Positions 20,395-30,499 of a stretch of 64,000 bases of DNA are shown here, one piece after another. The translations under genes and the position numbers were made by a program. The notes beneath the pieces were generated by a model, which was not told the DNA's origin, did not search any database, and worked only from the letters and a program-made list of their open reading frames with translations. This DNA is from a virus (taxonomy: Duplodnaviria; Caudoviricetes). Location: positions 1 through 64,000 of IMG/VR virus record IMGVR_UViG_3300037067_005321. One strand, written 5' to 3'. How positions within the stretch are numbered: position 1 is the stretch's first letter; each line of letters begins with the position of its first letter.

Positions 20395-20802
20395 TTATTT
20401 CATCTCCTTATATCTTAGAACTTTATAAAGCTTCTTATCCCAAAATCCTTCTAATCTATCAATTCTTGAAGTATTATTTATGTCTATATGTATAAATTTT
20501 CCATCTTCAATATATAATCCCATATGATTTGCAATTGAATAGGATCTTGTATAAAATAGTAAAACATCATATTTTTTAAATGGAGCATTTACATAATACC
20601 AATATTTTGGTATATTATTAATTATATGATTTTCTGATTTATACCAATCAAAAGAATACTCTAATTTTTCTAAATAATCACCAAAGTCTATATTTGCTTC
20701 ATTTGTTAGTATTAATTTACATAATCCAAAACAGTCAACACCACAAAAGTCTCTACCCATATGTTTAAATGGAATACCAATATATTTTGAAAAATCAGTC
20801 AT
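20395..20802 (-). CDS. NlpC/P60 tail-associated peptidase (gpK-like)
   Basis: YIGIPF...GRD..GVDCFGL...HMGLY...FIH. Confidence 0.88.
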   Translation of the reverse strand: MTDFSKYIGIPFKHMGRDFCGVDCFGLCKLILTNEANIDFGDYLEKLEYSFDWYKSENHIINNIPKYWYYVNAPFKKYDVLLFYTRSYSIANHMGLYIEDGKFIHIDINNTSRIDRLEGFWDKKLYKVLRYKEMK

Positions 20803-20841
20803 TTTGTTCTTCCTTAATAATATAGTAGTAAGTTATTAAAA

Positions 20842-22719
20842 TTAAACGATTATGCTAGATTTTGGCACACCAGGAAATCCACCAAATCTACTTATATTAT
20901 TTCTTGTTTTACATGAATCTAAAGTTCCATCACAGGTAGGATATGTAGTACTATTTATAGTATTGTTAGGATCACAATTATGTGTTGCTATTCCACCTAC
21001 TACAAATGAATGTGAATTATTTATTTCTAAGTTATATACTTCACCACTATATTTATATCTATCTATATTTTTTATTTGAACTAATGCACAATTATCTAAA
21101 TATATAACTGTATCAGTTCTAGAAGCTAAATTAGAATTAGAAAATGGATAATTATCCCCAAAAAATCGCTTAATTAATGACTTACCAGGCTTTCCAGATA
21201 TTCTTATATAGTTTGTATAATAATATTTAGGATTATTTTTTGTAGATGGAAAAATATTATTACGTAATAATATATATATTATTTGCCAAGCAAGTCTATT
21301 ACTTGTAGTAGCCATTGATATTTCAGATACACTTTTACCTCTTGAATATTTAATAGAACCGTCACCTCTGAAAACACCATATAATATATCCATTTGTAAA
21401 TCTGGATCTAAATATATAAGTTCATCACATATCTTTTTTCTATATGATATGGAAGATCCAAAATATTCAAATATTATACTTAATAATTTAGATCTAATAA
21501 CACACTCTGTACAATTATCTTTTCTTTTATTAGCAAATCCTAATATACCAAATTTATTATTAATTGTATTTAACACAAAATCAATATCAAAAATTTCATC
21601 TTTATGAAATGCAAAAGAAAGATATTTTTTAGTAGCACTTCCTTCTGCTAAATAATATCCAACTAATTTTAAGAAATCTGAATCAATATCAATAAATCTA
21701 TTTATTTTAATGGTATCAGCATATTTTCTAAATAATGATATTTTTGTTTCATTATCATGTAATAAATATGGATATCCTATTTTTCTTATTATTTTAGCTA
21801 AGTCCAATATTTTAATATCCTGCGTATATCTATTTATTGGTATACATACATAATCACCAACTTTTAAATCATTAGCTTTTACAAATTCTAATGTATCCTT
21901 TAATTTATTTAAATCTTTATTATCTCTAGCTATGTATATAGGATGATTCTTAGTTACATTTATAGGTTTTAATCCTTTTGCTTTTATACTAACTATCTCA
22001 TCATCATAATTATTAATAATAATATTATTAACAGATTCAAAATTACCATTATGATCTAATATTTTATCTCCAATTTCAATATCTTGAATTTCTTTTGTAG
22101 TATAATTTTGAATTGTAACTTGTTCATTTGGCAACAAACACTCAGTACCCAAATAACCCGCGCCTATACCCATTGCCCAAGCACATTCTGAATAAAATAC
22201 TCTTCCAGGTATTGTAACATTTTTTATAGATAATTTTGATTTACATGAAAATGTAACAACACTTTCGTTTGAGGATGTACCATCTATAAAAAACTTCTCT
22301 TTAATAATAGCATTATGATCTGGATCACTTCCAACATGATTTGCACTTGATCCAGATGGAAGATATTTTGCAAAAGTTGTTATAATATAAACATTACATC
22401 CTCTTAAATATCGTCTATTTTGAATATAGGATTCAACTACTCTATCAGTATTTGGTATGCTAATAGATACATCAGAAAGTTCTCCATTAACATTTGAAGA
22501 AAAGTCACCACGATCAATAGGAACTCCATAATATAATGTTTCTGTAGCTCCAACTTCTCCACTATTATTAACATTCCATCCATATATATTCTGATTTAAA
22601 TCAGTATAATATACATGGTCATGTCCAGAGTATGATGCATTGATACAATACATCGTTATTGGGAATCCGCCCGATATTCTAGCACTTTCAGTTAAAAATG
22701 TACTTGTTACATCATACAT
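20842..22719 (-). CDS. minor tail protein gpL-like, intein-containing
   Basis: After intein removal it ends ECAW...YLGTECD...TCDGTLDSCKTRNNISRFGGFPG (4-Cys gpL C-terminus); sits between the Dit-like and NlpC genes. Confidence 0.82.
   Translation of the reverse strand: MYDVTSTFLTESARISGGFPITMYCINASYSGHDHVYYTDLNQNIYGWNVNNSGEVGATETLYYGVPIDRGDFSSNVNGELSDVSISIPNTDRVVESYIQNRRYLRGCNVYIITTFAKYLPSGSSANHVGSDPDHNAIIKEKFFIDGTSSNESVVTFSCKSKLSIKNVTIPGRVFYSECAWAMGIGAGYLGTECLLPNEQVTIQNYTTKEIQDIEIGDKILDHNGNFESVNNIIINNYDDEIVSIKAKGLKPINVTKNHPIYIARDNKDLNKLKDTLEFVKANDLKVGDYVCIPINRYTQDIKILDLAKIIRKIGYPYLLHDNETKISLFRKYADTIKINRFIDIDSDFLKLVGYYLAEGSATKKYLSFAFHKDEIFDIDFVLNTINNKFGILGFANKRKDNCTECVIRSKLLSIIFEYFGSSISYRKKICDELIYLDPDLQMDILYGVFRGDGSIKYSRGKSVSEISMATTSNRLAWQIIYILLRNNIFPSTKNNPKYYYTNYIRISGKPGKSLIKRFFGDNYPFSNSNLASRTDTVIYLDNCALVQIKNIDRYKYSGEVYNLEINNSHSFVVGGIATHNCDPNNTINSTTYPTCDGTLDSCKTRNNISRFGGFPGVPKSSIIV
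20977..22140 (-). mobile_element. intein (388 aa) with a LAGLIDADG homing endonuclease
   Basis: Block A CLLPNEQV, block B VTKNHPI, LVGYYLAEGS and LYGVFRGDGS motifs, VYNLEI...THN/C terminus. Confidence 0.92.
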
Positions 22720-22728
22720 ATATTACTC

Positions 22729-23406
22729 CTATACATGGTACTTACTATTAAAAGATACTTCACCAGAACGTAGAAATCCTGCTGTATCTGGATCATTAAG
22801 TTTATCATTTGCATATCCAGCAATCTCAAAATTAGAAATATCGTTACCATTATGATAACAATTATATACTGGATATACTAGCCCATCATTCTTTGCATTA
22901 GTTGAAGATAAATCTCCGTAGGGAGTAGATATAGTAAAAACCACTGATGTATTTACAGTAACAGTAGTTACAGATCCTATTTTAAATTTATTACCATTCC
23001 AGAAAAATCCATAATTTGCTTTTTGATTTGTAGTAGCTGAATAGGGCAATGTATTAGTAATATTACATGTCCATGTAGTACTGGTAGGAGTTATAGCAGA
23101 TGGATTTGATCCTTTACTCAAATCTACTACATAAAAAGAATCTAGCCCACCTTCTACCTTATCAATGAAATGTTCTATTTGAATATATTCTTTATCAAAG
23201 ATATTATTATATTTATAATTAATCATAATATTAGGCAATGACTTCTTTCTAGTTTGTATAGTTTGCTGTTCATAAGTAGTAATTAAATTATCATATAATT
23301 TATAACTATTACATCCACTATTTGGCTCAAAATATGAATATGATATTCCATCAATAATACCTCTAGAATATGTAGCAGATACATCACCTATTGGATACAA
23401 TTTCAT
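22729..23406 (-). CDS. distal tail (gpM/Dit-like) protein
   Basis: Position between the tape measure and gpL-like genes. Confidence 0.55.
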   Translation of the reverse strand: MKLYPIGDVSATYSRGIIDGISYSYFEPNSGCNSYKLYDNLITTYEQQTIQTRKKSLPNIMINYKYNNIFDKEYIQIEHFIDKVEGGLDSFYVVDLSKGSNPSAITPTSTTWTCNITNTLPYSATTNQKANYGFFWNGNKFKIGSVTTVTVNTSVVFTISTPYGDLSSTNAKNDGLVYPVYNCYHNGNDISNFEIAGYANDKLNDPDTAGFLRSGEVSFNSKYHV

Positions 23407-23421
23407 TATTAAATCAACTCC

Positions 23422-26400
23422 TTATCCTGTTTTAAGTTTTCTATATATTGGTCCTTTACTATGAATATCATCAATAACATAATTAACAATAGTATTTTTA
23501 CCAGAGGGTCCACTAAGAAGTCTAGGTGCATCTGTTTCTCTAATGACATTAGCTATATAAATTGGAGTGCTACCTTGATTTCTAACATATCCAGAAACAG
23601 AATTAGATTTAATATTCTCCTCTGGAATAACTATTTCTTTACCAGAAGCATTATCTCCTAATACTGCTAGAGATGGGGCATTAGTCATACCACCAGATGA
23701 AAACTTTCTAAAGGCAGTTATTTTAGGAAGTACACCACCAGTTGCATATCCTGCTGAAGCACCAACATTTATATTACTTGATATTGCTCCTCCTATTTGG
23801 CCTCCTGTGCTAGATGTTGTAGTTGTTAGAGCTGATGCAATCCCCATCACAACTTGCATAGCAATCCATTCATTAATAGCTTGACGAATTGAATCAACTA
23901 AATCCTTGAAGAATGATTTAAATGCATCCTTTAAATTTTCTATAGGATCTTCCAGCTCATCTATTTGAGTTCTAAGATTTTTCATCTCATCAGTTATTTC
24001 AACGACTCTTTCAGCATTCCCTTCTGATATTGCTTCATCATATTCTTCTTTTAATTCTTTTAATTCAACTTTGAGTTCAGCAGCTTCCTGTCTTTGCTCC
24101 TGAAATCCTCCAGTGGAGTTTTGTAGTACAGTGGCTAATCCAGAAGCACCTTCTGTATAGGCTTTACTTATCCAACTAACTTTTGCTTCTTGGAAAGATT
24201 GTGCTTCTTTAACTAGTTGTTTATAAACATATAATAATGAATTTGAATATTTAAGTTCCTCTTCAATAAGGTCTAATGATTCAGTTTTATTATCTTTAAT
24301 TTTATCTTCATAATTTTTTATTTTAGTCTGATCACTAGTTAATTCCTTCATTTTTGAGTAAGATTCATTCTCAACATTAAGTATTTCTCTTTTAATCCTG
24401 AGAATTTCTTCATTATCACCTACTAATTCAGCTTCTTTTTGGGCTAATGCCAACTCAAGAAGTCTAACTTCTAGTTGTTCCTCTTCCTTCTTAATTCTAA
24501 GATTTTCATTATCAGAATCTCTTTGAGCCTTATTTGCTGATCTTTGATTATCAACCGTTTTCTTTGATACATCATATTGTAATTGTATTAAATCCACATT
24601 TTCATTATTTAATTGATTTATATTTCTTTGTATATCAATATTATCTTGTGATAAATCATTTTTTTGTTGCTGTAACTCATAAATTTTATTGATTTGATCA
24701 GTGTCCTCTTTTCCAACTTTCAATTCTTCTATAGAATTATCTATACCTTTTTTCTTTTCTTCATTAATTTTAATTTGAGTTTCTAATGAATCAATAAATC
24801 TTGACTTTGCTTTTTGATCATTAACTTTTATTAATTCTTTTACTTCTAATTCTCTTAGTTTAGTTGATTTAGCTATCTGAGAATTGGTTCTACCATCCCA
24901 TTTATCACCTAATTCTTTTAATTTATTTAATTTCTCAGTCTTATTGATAATATCATCATTAATTTGTATAATTTGACTTTCTATATCAGAATTTTTAATA
25001 GCCTTAGATGCTTCTTCTTCTAAAATTTCTAATTTCTTTTTGCTAAGTTGTAAATCTAATTCAGCAGAAGATATATTATCATCATTATACTTTTTTTTAG
25101 CAGTATATAGAGATTTTTCAGCTTTTAATTCCTCTTGCGTTCTTTTTACATACTCGGATCTTAAATTTAGTTCAGCAGCAGCTTGATCAAAAGTTACTGA
25201 TACATCTGCACCTTCTGTAGTTTCTTCAGATGTTCCATATACTGTTCTAAGATTTTGTGCAATTTCTGGATTTTTAGATCCTGCTATTATAGCTTTTTCT
25301 AATTCTTCTCTTACTTTCTTAGCTTTTTCATAAGCTTCTTCTTTGGCTTTTATATCTTTTTCTGTAATAGATAAATTTTCTTCATTAGATTCTATAGTTA
25401 AATTACTTATATCTAATAATGTCTTTGCATCAAGAACTTCTTGTTTAGTATCAACTTTGAGAGTTTCTCTAGATGTTATACCTATTTTGTCCATTTCATC
25501 ATAAAGACCCAATAGTTCTTTTAATATTTTTAAATTACTACCAGTTTTAATATCTTTAGATAAAGATCCTACTCCAATAACATTTTTAGCAGCACTTAAT
25601 GCAGTTACACCTTTTTGTGTTTTTATATATTCTTTTATTAAAGCAATATCTTCTTTACTTAAATCTTGTATAAATTTTGCTTTTGTACTAGTTTTATCTA
25701 ACTTACTAAATATATCAGCAATAGTTTGAATATCTTGGACATTTCTACCCATTTGAAGAGCTTTATTCATTTTATCTATCCAATATTGGACATCTTCTAA
25801 TAAAATTGATGCTTCGGAAGCATATGCTTTTATACTACCCCATAATTTACTCCAAGACTTAGACATTGTATCTAATGCTCTTTTTTCAATTTCTGCTGCT
25901 TCACCAGTTGATTCACCTGTTTGTTTTATTTTATCTTCCCACTCATCCCAATTTCTGATTATAGCTAATAAAGAGTTTATACTTCTTGCACCCATATCTT
26001 CAAAAACTAATGCTAATTTTGAAACTGATATATCCCCTTTTCCTAGTTTAGTAGCTAACTGATCAAATATATCTAATATGTCTAATGATTTTGTTGGATC
26101 TATACTAATACCAAAATTTTCTTCAAATTTAGAAGCATTTTGTGCTATTTTTAAAAGAACAGTTCTCATTTCTGTTCCAGCTTTAGATCCTTTAATTAAA
26201 TTATCATTTAAAAGACCTAAAATATTGCCCATTTGCTCAAATGTTAAATTTGTAAGTTTACCAGTTGAAGCTAAGTAGGAATATCCAGTTACTAATTCTG
26301 ATATTTCTATTTGATGTTCCTTCCATACTTTAGCCAAAACATCATTAATATATAAAAATTTATCTTCTAATGTAGTTACATGAGTAATAGTATCACCAAA

Positions 26401-27798
26401 ATTATTATAAATACCAGCAACAAGTTTAGTTACTTCATTAGAATCTCCCTCAGTAGCTACTAATAAGGACATAGTAGAATTTAAAGCAGCAATAGCCTCT
26501 TCTGCCCACAATCCAGCAGATCCTAATTGATAAAGTACATTACCTAGATCTTCCCACTCCCCACCATGAATGCCAATAGCCTCTTTCATAGCAGTAGAAT
26601 ATGAATTTAATATTTCTGTAGAACTCATTATTTGTGATTCTGCAACTCTAAATGCTCTAGCCACTTGGTTTTGATAATCAACAACTGAATTAACTAAATT
26701 TCCAATACCTCTATATGCTCCCCAAGCAAGACGCAGCTCTAAGAACCATCCCATTCTATTTTTAAACCACTCTTTAGATAAAAATCCTGTGTCTCTAGAT
26801 GGTTTCTCTGTTTCTTTTCTTAATCTCTCCATCTCAGCAGTAAGTTTGGGGGTAAGTTTTCTGCCCATCTCAATACGAGATTCTAAACTTTTTAATAATG
26901 CTACTTTATTAGCATTAGCATTAATACCCATACTTATTTCTTTACGATATCCAGCCTCAGCTATTCTAGCACTAACTATCTTTTCTTTCAGTTTCTGAAA
27001 TATAGCTACTTCACTAGTAGCATTTTTAAGTCTACTGGAAATATCATATCGTTCTTGCAATTGTACTTTTCTATTTAATACATTGCCAAATCCCTCCATC
27101 TCCTCTTTTATTTTTGGCATCCTCATTTCTAAAGAAGCAATAATTTTATCTAGCCAAAGTTTAACTTCTTTATTACTCTTTAAGCTTACATTTTCTATAG
27201 CTTTATTAAACTGATTGAGATATTTATCAGTTTGTTCAGATATTCCTTTTAATCCATTTAAATACGATTGTAAATTATTAGGAAGTTGTGGATTCATAGT
27301 TTGTTTTGATTCAATACCGCTTAACCCAACTTTTCCCTCATATGCATATGATACTAGAGATTTTCTAGTAGCTCCACCCTTAGATAAAGCTTTTGTAGTT
27401 TCTAAAGATAAATTTCTTATTCTTTCTAGTGTAGATATTATTTCTTCAGCCCCACCTGATAATTTGATTGTATTAAAAGATGCAGATAATTTATCAAATT
27501 GTTCTATAACAGAAACCATATCCATTCTTGCTTTAATAGCAAATTTATCAAAAGATTCTTCCACATATCCAATATTTTCAGCCCAAGTACTTCTTACTTT
27601 ACCTAATTGTTCATTTATAGTTTTATAGTATCCTTTTATTGCAGAAGAGGATTTTCCACTTATAGCAGCATCTAGCCTAATATTTTTAAAACTATTAGAT
27701 AGTACTAATAGTTCCTTTTTTAAACCTTCTGCTCCATTCATAGCTTTGGAATAATCAATACCTATACCTACATTAATTCCACCAACACTAACTGTCAA
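23422..27798 (-). CDS. tail tape measure protein
   Basis: 1458 aa, largely helical; TP901-type core (IKGSKAGTEMRTVL); YATGG/FSSGG...GKEIVIP C-terminus. Confidence 0.92.
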   Translation of the reverse strand: MTVSVGGINVGIGIDYSKAMNGAEGLKKELLVLSNSFKNIRLDAAISGKSSSAIKGYYKTINEQLGKVRSTWAENIGYVEESFDKFAIKARMDMVSVIEQFDKLSASFNTIKLSGGAEEIISTLERIRNLSLETTKALSKGGATRKSLVSYAYEGKVGLSGIESKQTMNPQLPNNLQSYLNGLKGISEQTDKYLNQFNKAIENVSLKSNKEVKLWLDKIIASLEMRMPKIKEEMEGFGNVLNRKVQLQERYDISSRLKNATSEVAIFQKLKEKIVSARIAEAGYRKEISMGINANANKVALLKSLESRIEMGRKLTPKLTAEMERLRKETEKPSRDTGFLSKEWFKNRMGWFLELRLAWGAYRGIGNLVNSVVDYQNQVARAFRVAESQIMSSTEILNSYSTAMKEAIGIHGGEWEDLGNVLYQLGSAGLWAEEAIAALNSTMSLLVATEGDSNEVTKLVAGIYNNFGDTITHVTTLEDKFLYINDVLAKVWKEHQIEISELVTGYSYLASTGKLTNLTFEQMGNILGLLNDNLIKGSKAGTEMRTVLLKIAQNASKFEENFGISIDPTKSLDILDIFDQLATKLGKGDISVSKLALVFEDMGARSINSLLAIIRNWDEWEDKIKQTGESTGEAAEIEKRALDTMSKSWSKLWGSIKAYASEASILLEDVQYWIDKMNKALQMGRNVQDIQTIADIFSKLDKTSTKAKFIQDLSKEDIALIKEYIKTQKGVTALSAAKNVIGVGSLSKDIKTGSNLKILKELLGLYDEMDKIGITSRETLKVDTKQEVLDAKTLLDISNLTIESNEENLSITEKDIKAKEEAYEKAKKVREELEKAIIAGSKNPEIAQNLRTVYGTSEETTEGADVSVTFDQAAAELNLRSEYVKRTQEELKAEKSLYTAKKKYNDDNISSAELDLQLSKKKLEILEEEASKAIKNSDIESQIIQINDDIINKTEKLNKLKELGDKWDGRTNSQIAKSTKLRELEVKELIKVNDQKAKSRFIDSLETQIKINEEKKKGIDNSIEELKVGKEDTDQINKIYELQQQKNDLSQDNIDIQRNINQLNNENVDLIQLQYDVSKKTVDNQRSANKAQRDSDNENLRIKKEEEQLEVRLLELALAQKEAELVGDNEEILRIKREILNVENESYSKMKELTSDQTKIKNYEDKIKDNKTESLDLIEEELKYSNSLLYVYKQLVKEAQSFQEAKVSWISKAYTEGASGLATVLQNSTGGFQEQRQEAAELKVELKELKEEYDEAISEGNAERVVEITDEMKNLRTQIDELEDPIENLKDAFKSFFKDLVDSIRQAINEWIAMQVVMGIASALTTTTSSTGGQIGGAISSNINVGASAGYATGGVLPKITAFRKFSSGGMTNAPSLAVLGDNASGKEIVIPEENIKSNSVSGYVRNQGSTPIYIANVIRETDAPRLLSGPSGKNTIVNYVIDDIHSKGPIYRKLKTG

Positions 27799-28204
27799 CT
27801 ATATCACCTTTTTTATCATTTTTAATAAGAGCACCTGCTGCTTTAAATAAATTAAGTAATGTTTTACCTGATTTCTCTATTTTATTTTCTGTAACTTCTT
27901 TCCATGTAAGGGAGTTTATAAAACTGTTCCAAACTTGTTTTTTCTTGTTGAAGTCTCTTGTAGTTCCACCAAAAGATGGGGAGGCATATGCTATGGAGTG
28001 TGCTAAAGTTACAGCATCAAATTTCTTACTGTCTAAATTATTCTTGATACACTTTTCATAAAACAGATAAACTTGATCTATAGTATAATTATTTTTTATA
28101 TCGTTTAGAGTATGACCATTTTTGATAAGTACTGAGAAGATGTCAGCAATAGTAACTACTTCGCCCCTCTTCCTCTTTACTCGTTTGGATTTGGGGCTAT
28201 TAGA
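27788..28204 (-). CDS. gpT-like -1 frame extension of the tail assembly chaperone
   Basis: Open -1 frame with no ATG, reading ...GEVVTIADIFSVLIKNGHTLNDIKNNYTIDQVYLFYEKC...DIVDS*; it fills the gap before the tape measure gene. Confidence 0.8.
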   Translation of the reverse strand, partial: SNSPKSKRVKRKRGEVVTIADIFSVLIKNGHTLNDIKNNYTIDQVYLFYEKCIKNNLDSKKFDAVTLAHSIAYASPSFGGTTRDFNKKKQVWNSFINSLTWKEVTENKIEKSGKTLLNLFKAAGALIKNDKKGDIVDS

Positions 28205-28563
28205 TTTTTTATGCTGTTTATTATAGTAGTCTTATTTTGATCATATATAGTAAAAGCTATTTTAAGACCATCTTCCATAGATAGTTTCTTAACAGATTCA
28301 TCATCAGTATTGAGAGTTATCTTTATTATTTCAAATACTTCTGAACTTGCAATTGAGAGCAATTTTGCTATTGTAGTATATTTTAAAATACCACCTGAAT
28401 TATCTAACTCTTCAATAAGTCCTTTAGCTTCTGCTTTTTCAATTACTTTTCCTAGTGATTCCGCTAGGTTAAAGAGATGTCCAAAACCCCACGGTAAAAT
28501 TTTGAATCCAGCAATTGTTACTTCTGGGAAGAGGATTTTCTCTTCTGATTGTTTCTCTGTCAT
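28177..28563 (-). CDS. tail assembly chaperone (gpG-like)
   Basis: Between tail tube and tape measure; ends in slippery heptamers. Confidence 0.8.
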   Translation of the reverse strand: MTEKQSEEKILFPEVTIAGFKILPWGFGHLFNLAESLGKVIEKAEAKGLIEELDNSGGILKYTTIAKLLSIASSEVFEIIKITLNTDDESVKKLSMEDGLKIAFTIYDQNKTTIINSIKNLIAPNPNE

Positions 28564-28589
28564 TAAGTTTGTTGCTCCTTTATTTTAAA

Positions 28590-29669
28590 TTATTTCATCC
28601 AACCAATTTCTTTGTAAAACTGGTACAAATCATATCCAATATATAGTTCTTTGAGAGTGATTGAAGAATTAGCTTTCTTTTTCCAATTTATTGTTGGTGA
28701 TAGCATCTCTAAATTATATGGATTTGAGATTATGTCTGTTAATATTTTATTTTTAAATCCTTCTGCTACTGAAACTCTATGATCCAGATGAGCTTCATCT
28801 TTATTATTTCCACGTATTAAACCTAATGGATTTATAAAATCTTCTTCTAAATTATATATTCTGTATGTTTTGTTTCTAGCATCTCTATTATAGAGATGAA
28901 ATTCTTCTATTTCTTCTTCTGAATAATATTTATAGATTGATAATCTATAACATTTTGGACATCTGCATCCATTAATCCAATTTGCCATTTTGGTAATATA
29001 TTGATGTCCTTCTGAACAAATAGTTATTAATGGAGATCTAACATTTTTATATTCAGTAGATATTAAAGTATAATTTTCTAGTTCTAATCTTTCTCTAACT
29101 ATATCAATATTAACTAATTTATTACCAATACATCTACCACATCTCTGTCCTTGTTTCCAGCAAGTCCATAATATTTCATGATGATGCCCTTTTGGACAAA
29201 TAAATTTAAGTTTTTCACTAGGATCTTTATATTTAGTACTTAATAAGATATATCCTTCCTTTTCAAAGGACTTTCTAATATTGTCAATACTTTCACATCT
29301 ATTTTCTGAATAACATACCCCACACCTTGATCCATTTCTCCAAGAATTTTTACTCATTGAAATTTTATGTCCTTCTGGACAAATCAAATTTAGTTTTTGT
29401 TTACTATCTTTATAATTTGTAGTTAATAATTGATATCCTTCTGATTCTACTTCTTCTTTTAAATCATTTAATTTAGTTCTCTTATCTTCATGAGCACACA
29501 AAAAACAACCAGCACCAGATTTAAAGTGTGAATATCTTAACTGATGTTTATGCCCTCTATCACAAATAAAATCTAACTTTTGATTTGAGTCAATATATTC
29601 CGTAGATAATAAGACCCAACCACGTTTTTCAAACTCTGATTTAATAAATTCATAAGAATGTTTTTTCAT
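28590..29669 (-). CDS. free-standing HNH-type endonuclease with 4 Zn-ribbon repeats
   Basis: 4 x C..GH...G..C..C; HLDHRVSVAEGF...NPYNLEML; paralog of 10650 and 32321. Confidence 0.75.
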   Translation of the reverse strand: MKKHSYEFIKSEFEKRGWVLLSTEYIDSNQKLDFICDRGHKHQLRYSHFKSGAGCFLCAHEDKRTKLNDLKEEVESEGYQLLTTNYKDSKQKLNLICPEGHKISMSKNSWRNGSRCGVCYSENRCESIDNIRKSFEKEGYILLSTKYKDPSEKLKFICPKGHHHEILWTCWKQGQRCGRCIGNKLVNIDIVRERLELENYTLISTEYKNVRSPLITICSEGHQYITKMANWINGCRCPKCYRLSIYKYYSEEEIEEFHLYNRDARNKTYRIYNLEEDFINPLGLIRGNNKDEAHLDHRVSVAEGFKNKILTDIISNPYNLEMLSPTINWKKKANSSITLKELYIGYDLYQFYKEIGWMK

Positions 29670-29748
29670 ATATTACCTCTGCTATAAGTAATTTTGATAG
29701 GCTGAGGAGTAGATAGCAGCTACTCCTCACTTACGTCCGTCGAACCTA
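29670..29748 (-). ncRNA. structured leader, class B copy 1
   Basis: Closing stem TAGGT/GCCTA; hairpin TGAGGAGTAG-CTGCTAT-CTACTCCTCA whose loop is complementary to ATAGCAG directly before the AGGT RBS. Confidence 0.75.
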
Positions 29749-29752
29749 ATTT

Positions 29753-29780
29753 AATATAATCACTATTTAGCAAATGTCAA
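29753..29780 (-). promoter_or_regulatory. sigma70-like promoter
   Basis: TTGACA-N12-TGAT-TATATT. Confidence 0.65.
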
Positions 29781-29813
29781 GTAGTAATTATAAGTTAATT
29801 GTTATAAATTTAA

Positions 29814-30380
29814 CTAAATCATATTTAATATACCATAAGGTTTAGAAGCCCATTCTGAAGTAGTTGACAAAAATTCAACGCTCAATTCACAGGAGATCTG
29901 ATTCCACTCTGTACCATCCCCAAAATTAATACTACCAGAAGGACGCAAAGTTGCCTTTGGAATACTAATTACAAAATCATTACCAGTTTGGGATCTGAAT
30001 AGTAAAGATACAGATCCTCTTTGTAATGGCTCCATCATTAGAGCAGTTTTACCTGTTCCTAATGTTGATCCAAGAAACACCCTCTTAAAGTTAGCCTCAT
30101 CCAGTTCATCAAACGTAAAAGGAATTGTTATGTTATTTTCAACATTAACAGTTTTATCTTTACGTCTAGAACCATTTACAGTGATATAATGATCAAGAAA
30201 AGTAACTTCAGGAGTAATCTCCGATGTTACAATATTACCCAAACTCCTAGCAGCAGTTCTAAAGTTAGAACCAACTGTAGTTGTTGCAGTAGTATCCAAC
30301 AGGGAAGCATGTCCAATTGTAGGATCAAAATATATATCAAGACCGCCAACTGCGTAGTTCACATCTGATTTTACGGCCAT
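29814..30380 (-). CDS. major tail (tube) protein
   Basis: Position and size; RSLGNI...EITPEV...IPKATLRPSGSINF pattern. Confidence 0.8.
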   Translation of the reverse strand: MAVKSDVNYAVGGLDIYFDPTIGHASLLDTTATTTVGSNFRTAARSLGNIVTSEITPEVTFLDHYITVNGSRRKDKTVNVENNITIPFTFDELDEANFKRVFLGSTLGTGKTALMMEPLQRGSVSLLFRSQTGNDFVISIPKATLRPSGSINFGDGTEWNQISCELSVEFLSTTSEWASKPYGILNMI

Positions 30381-30499
30381 TTATTTCACTTCCTATTAAA
30401 AAATTTCGTACACTATGTACGGTTTGTATTCTCCAGATACTCCTAAATTGTTAATATATACCCTAAATCCATAGGTGATTTCTCCAGGTTCTTTAAAAC

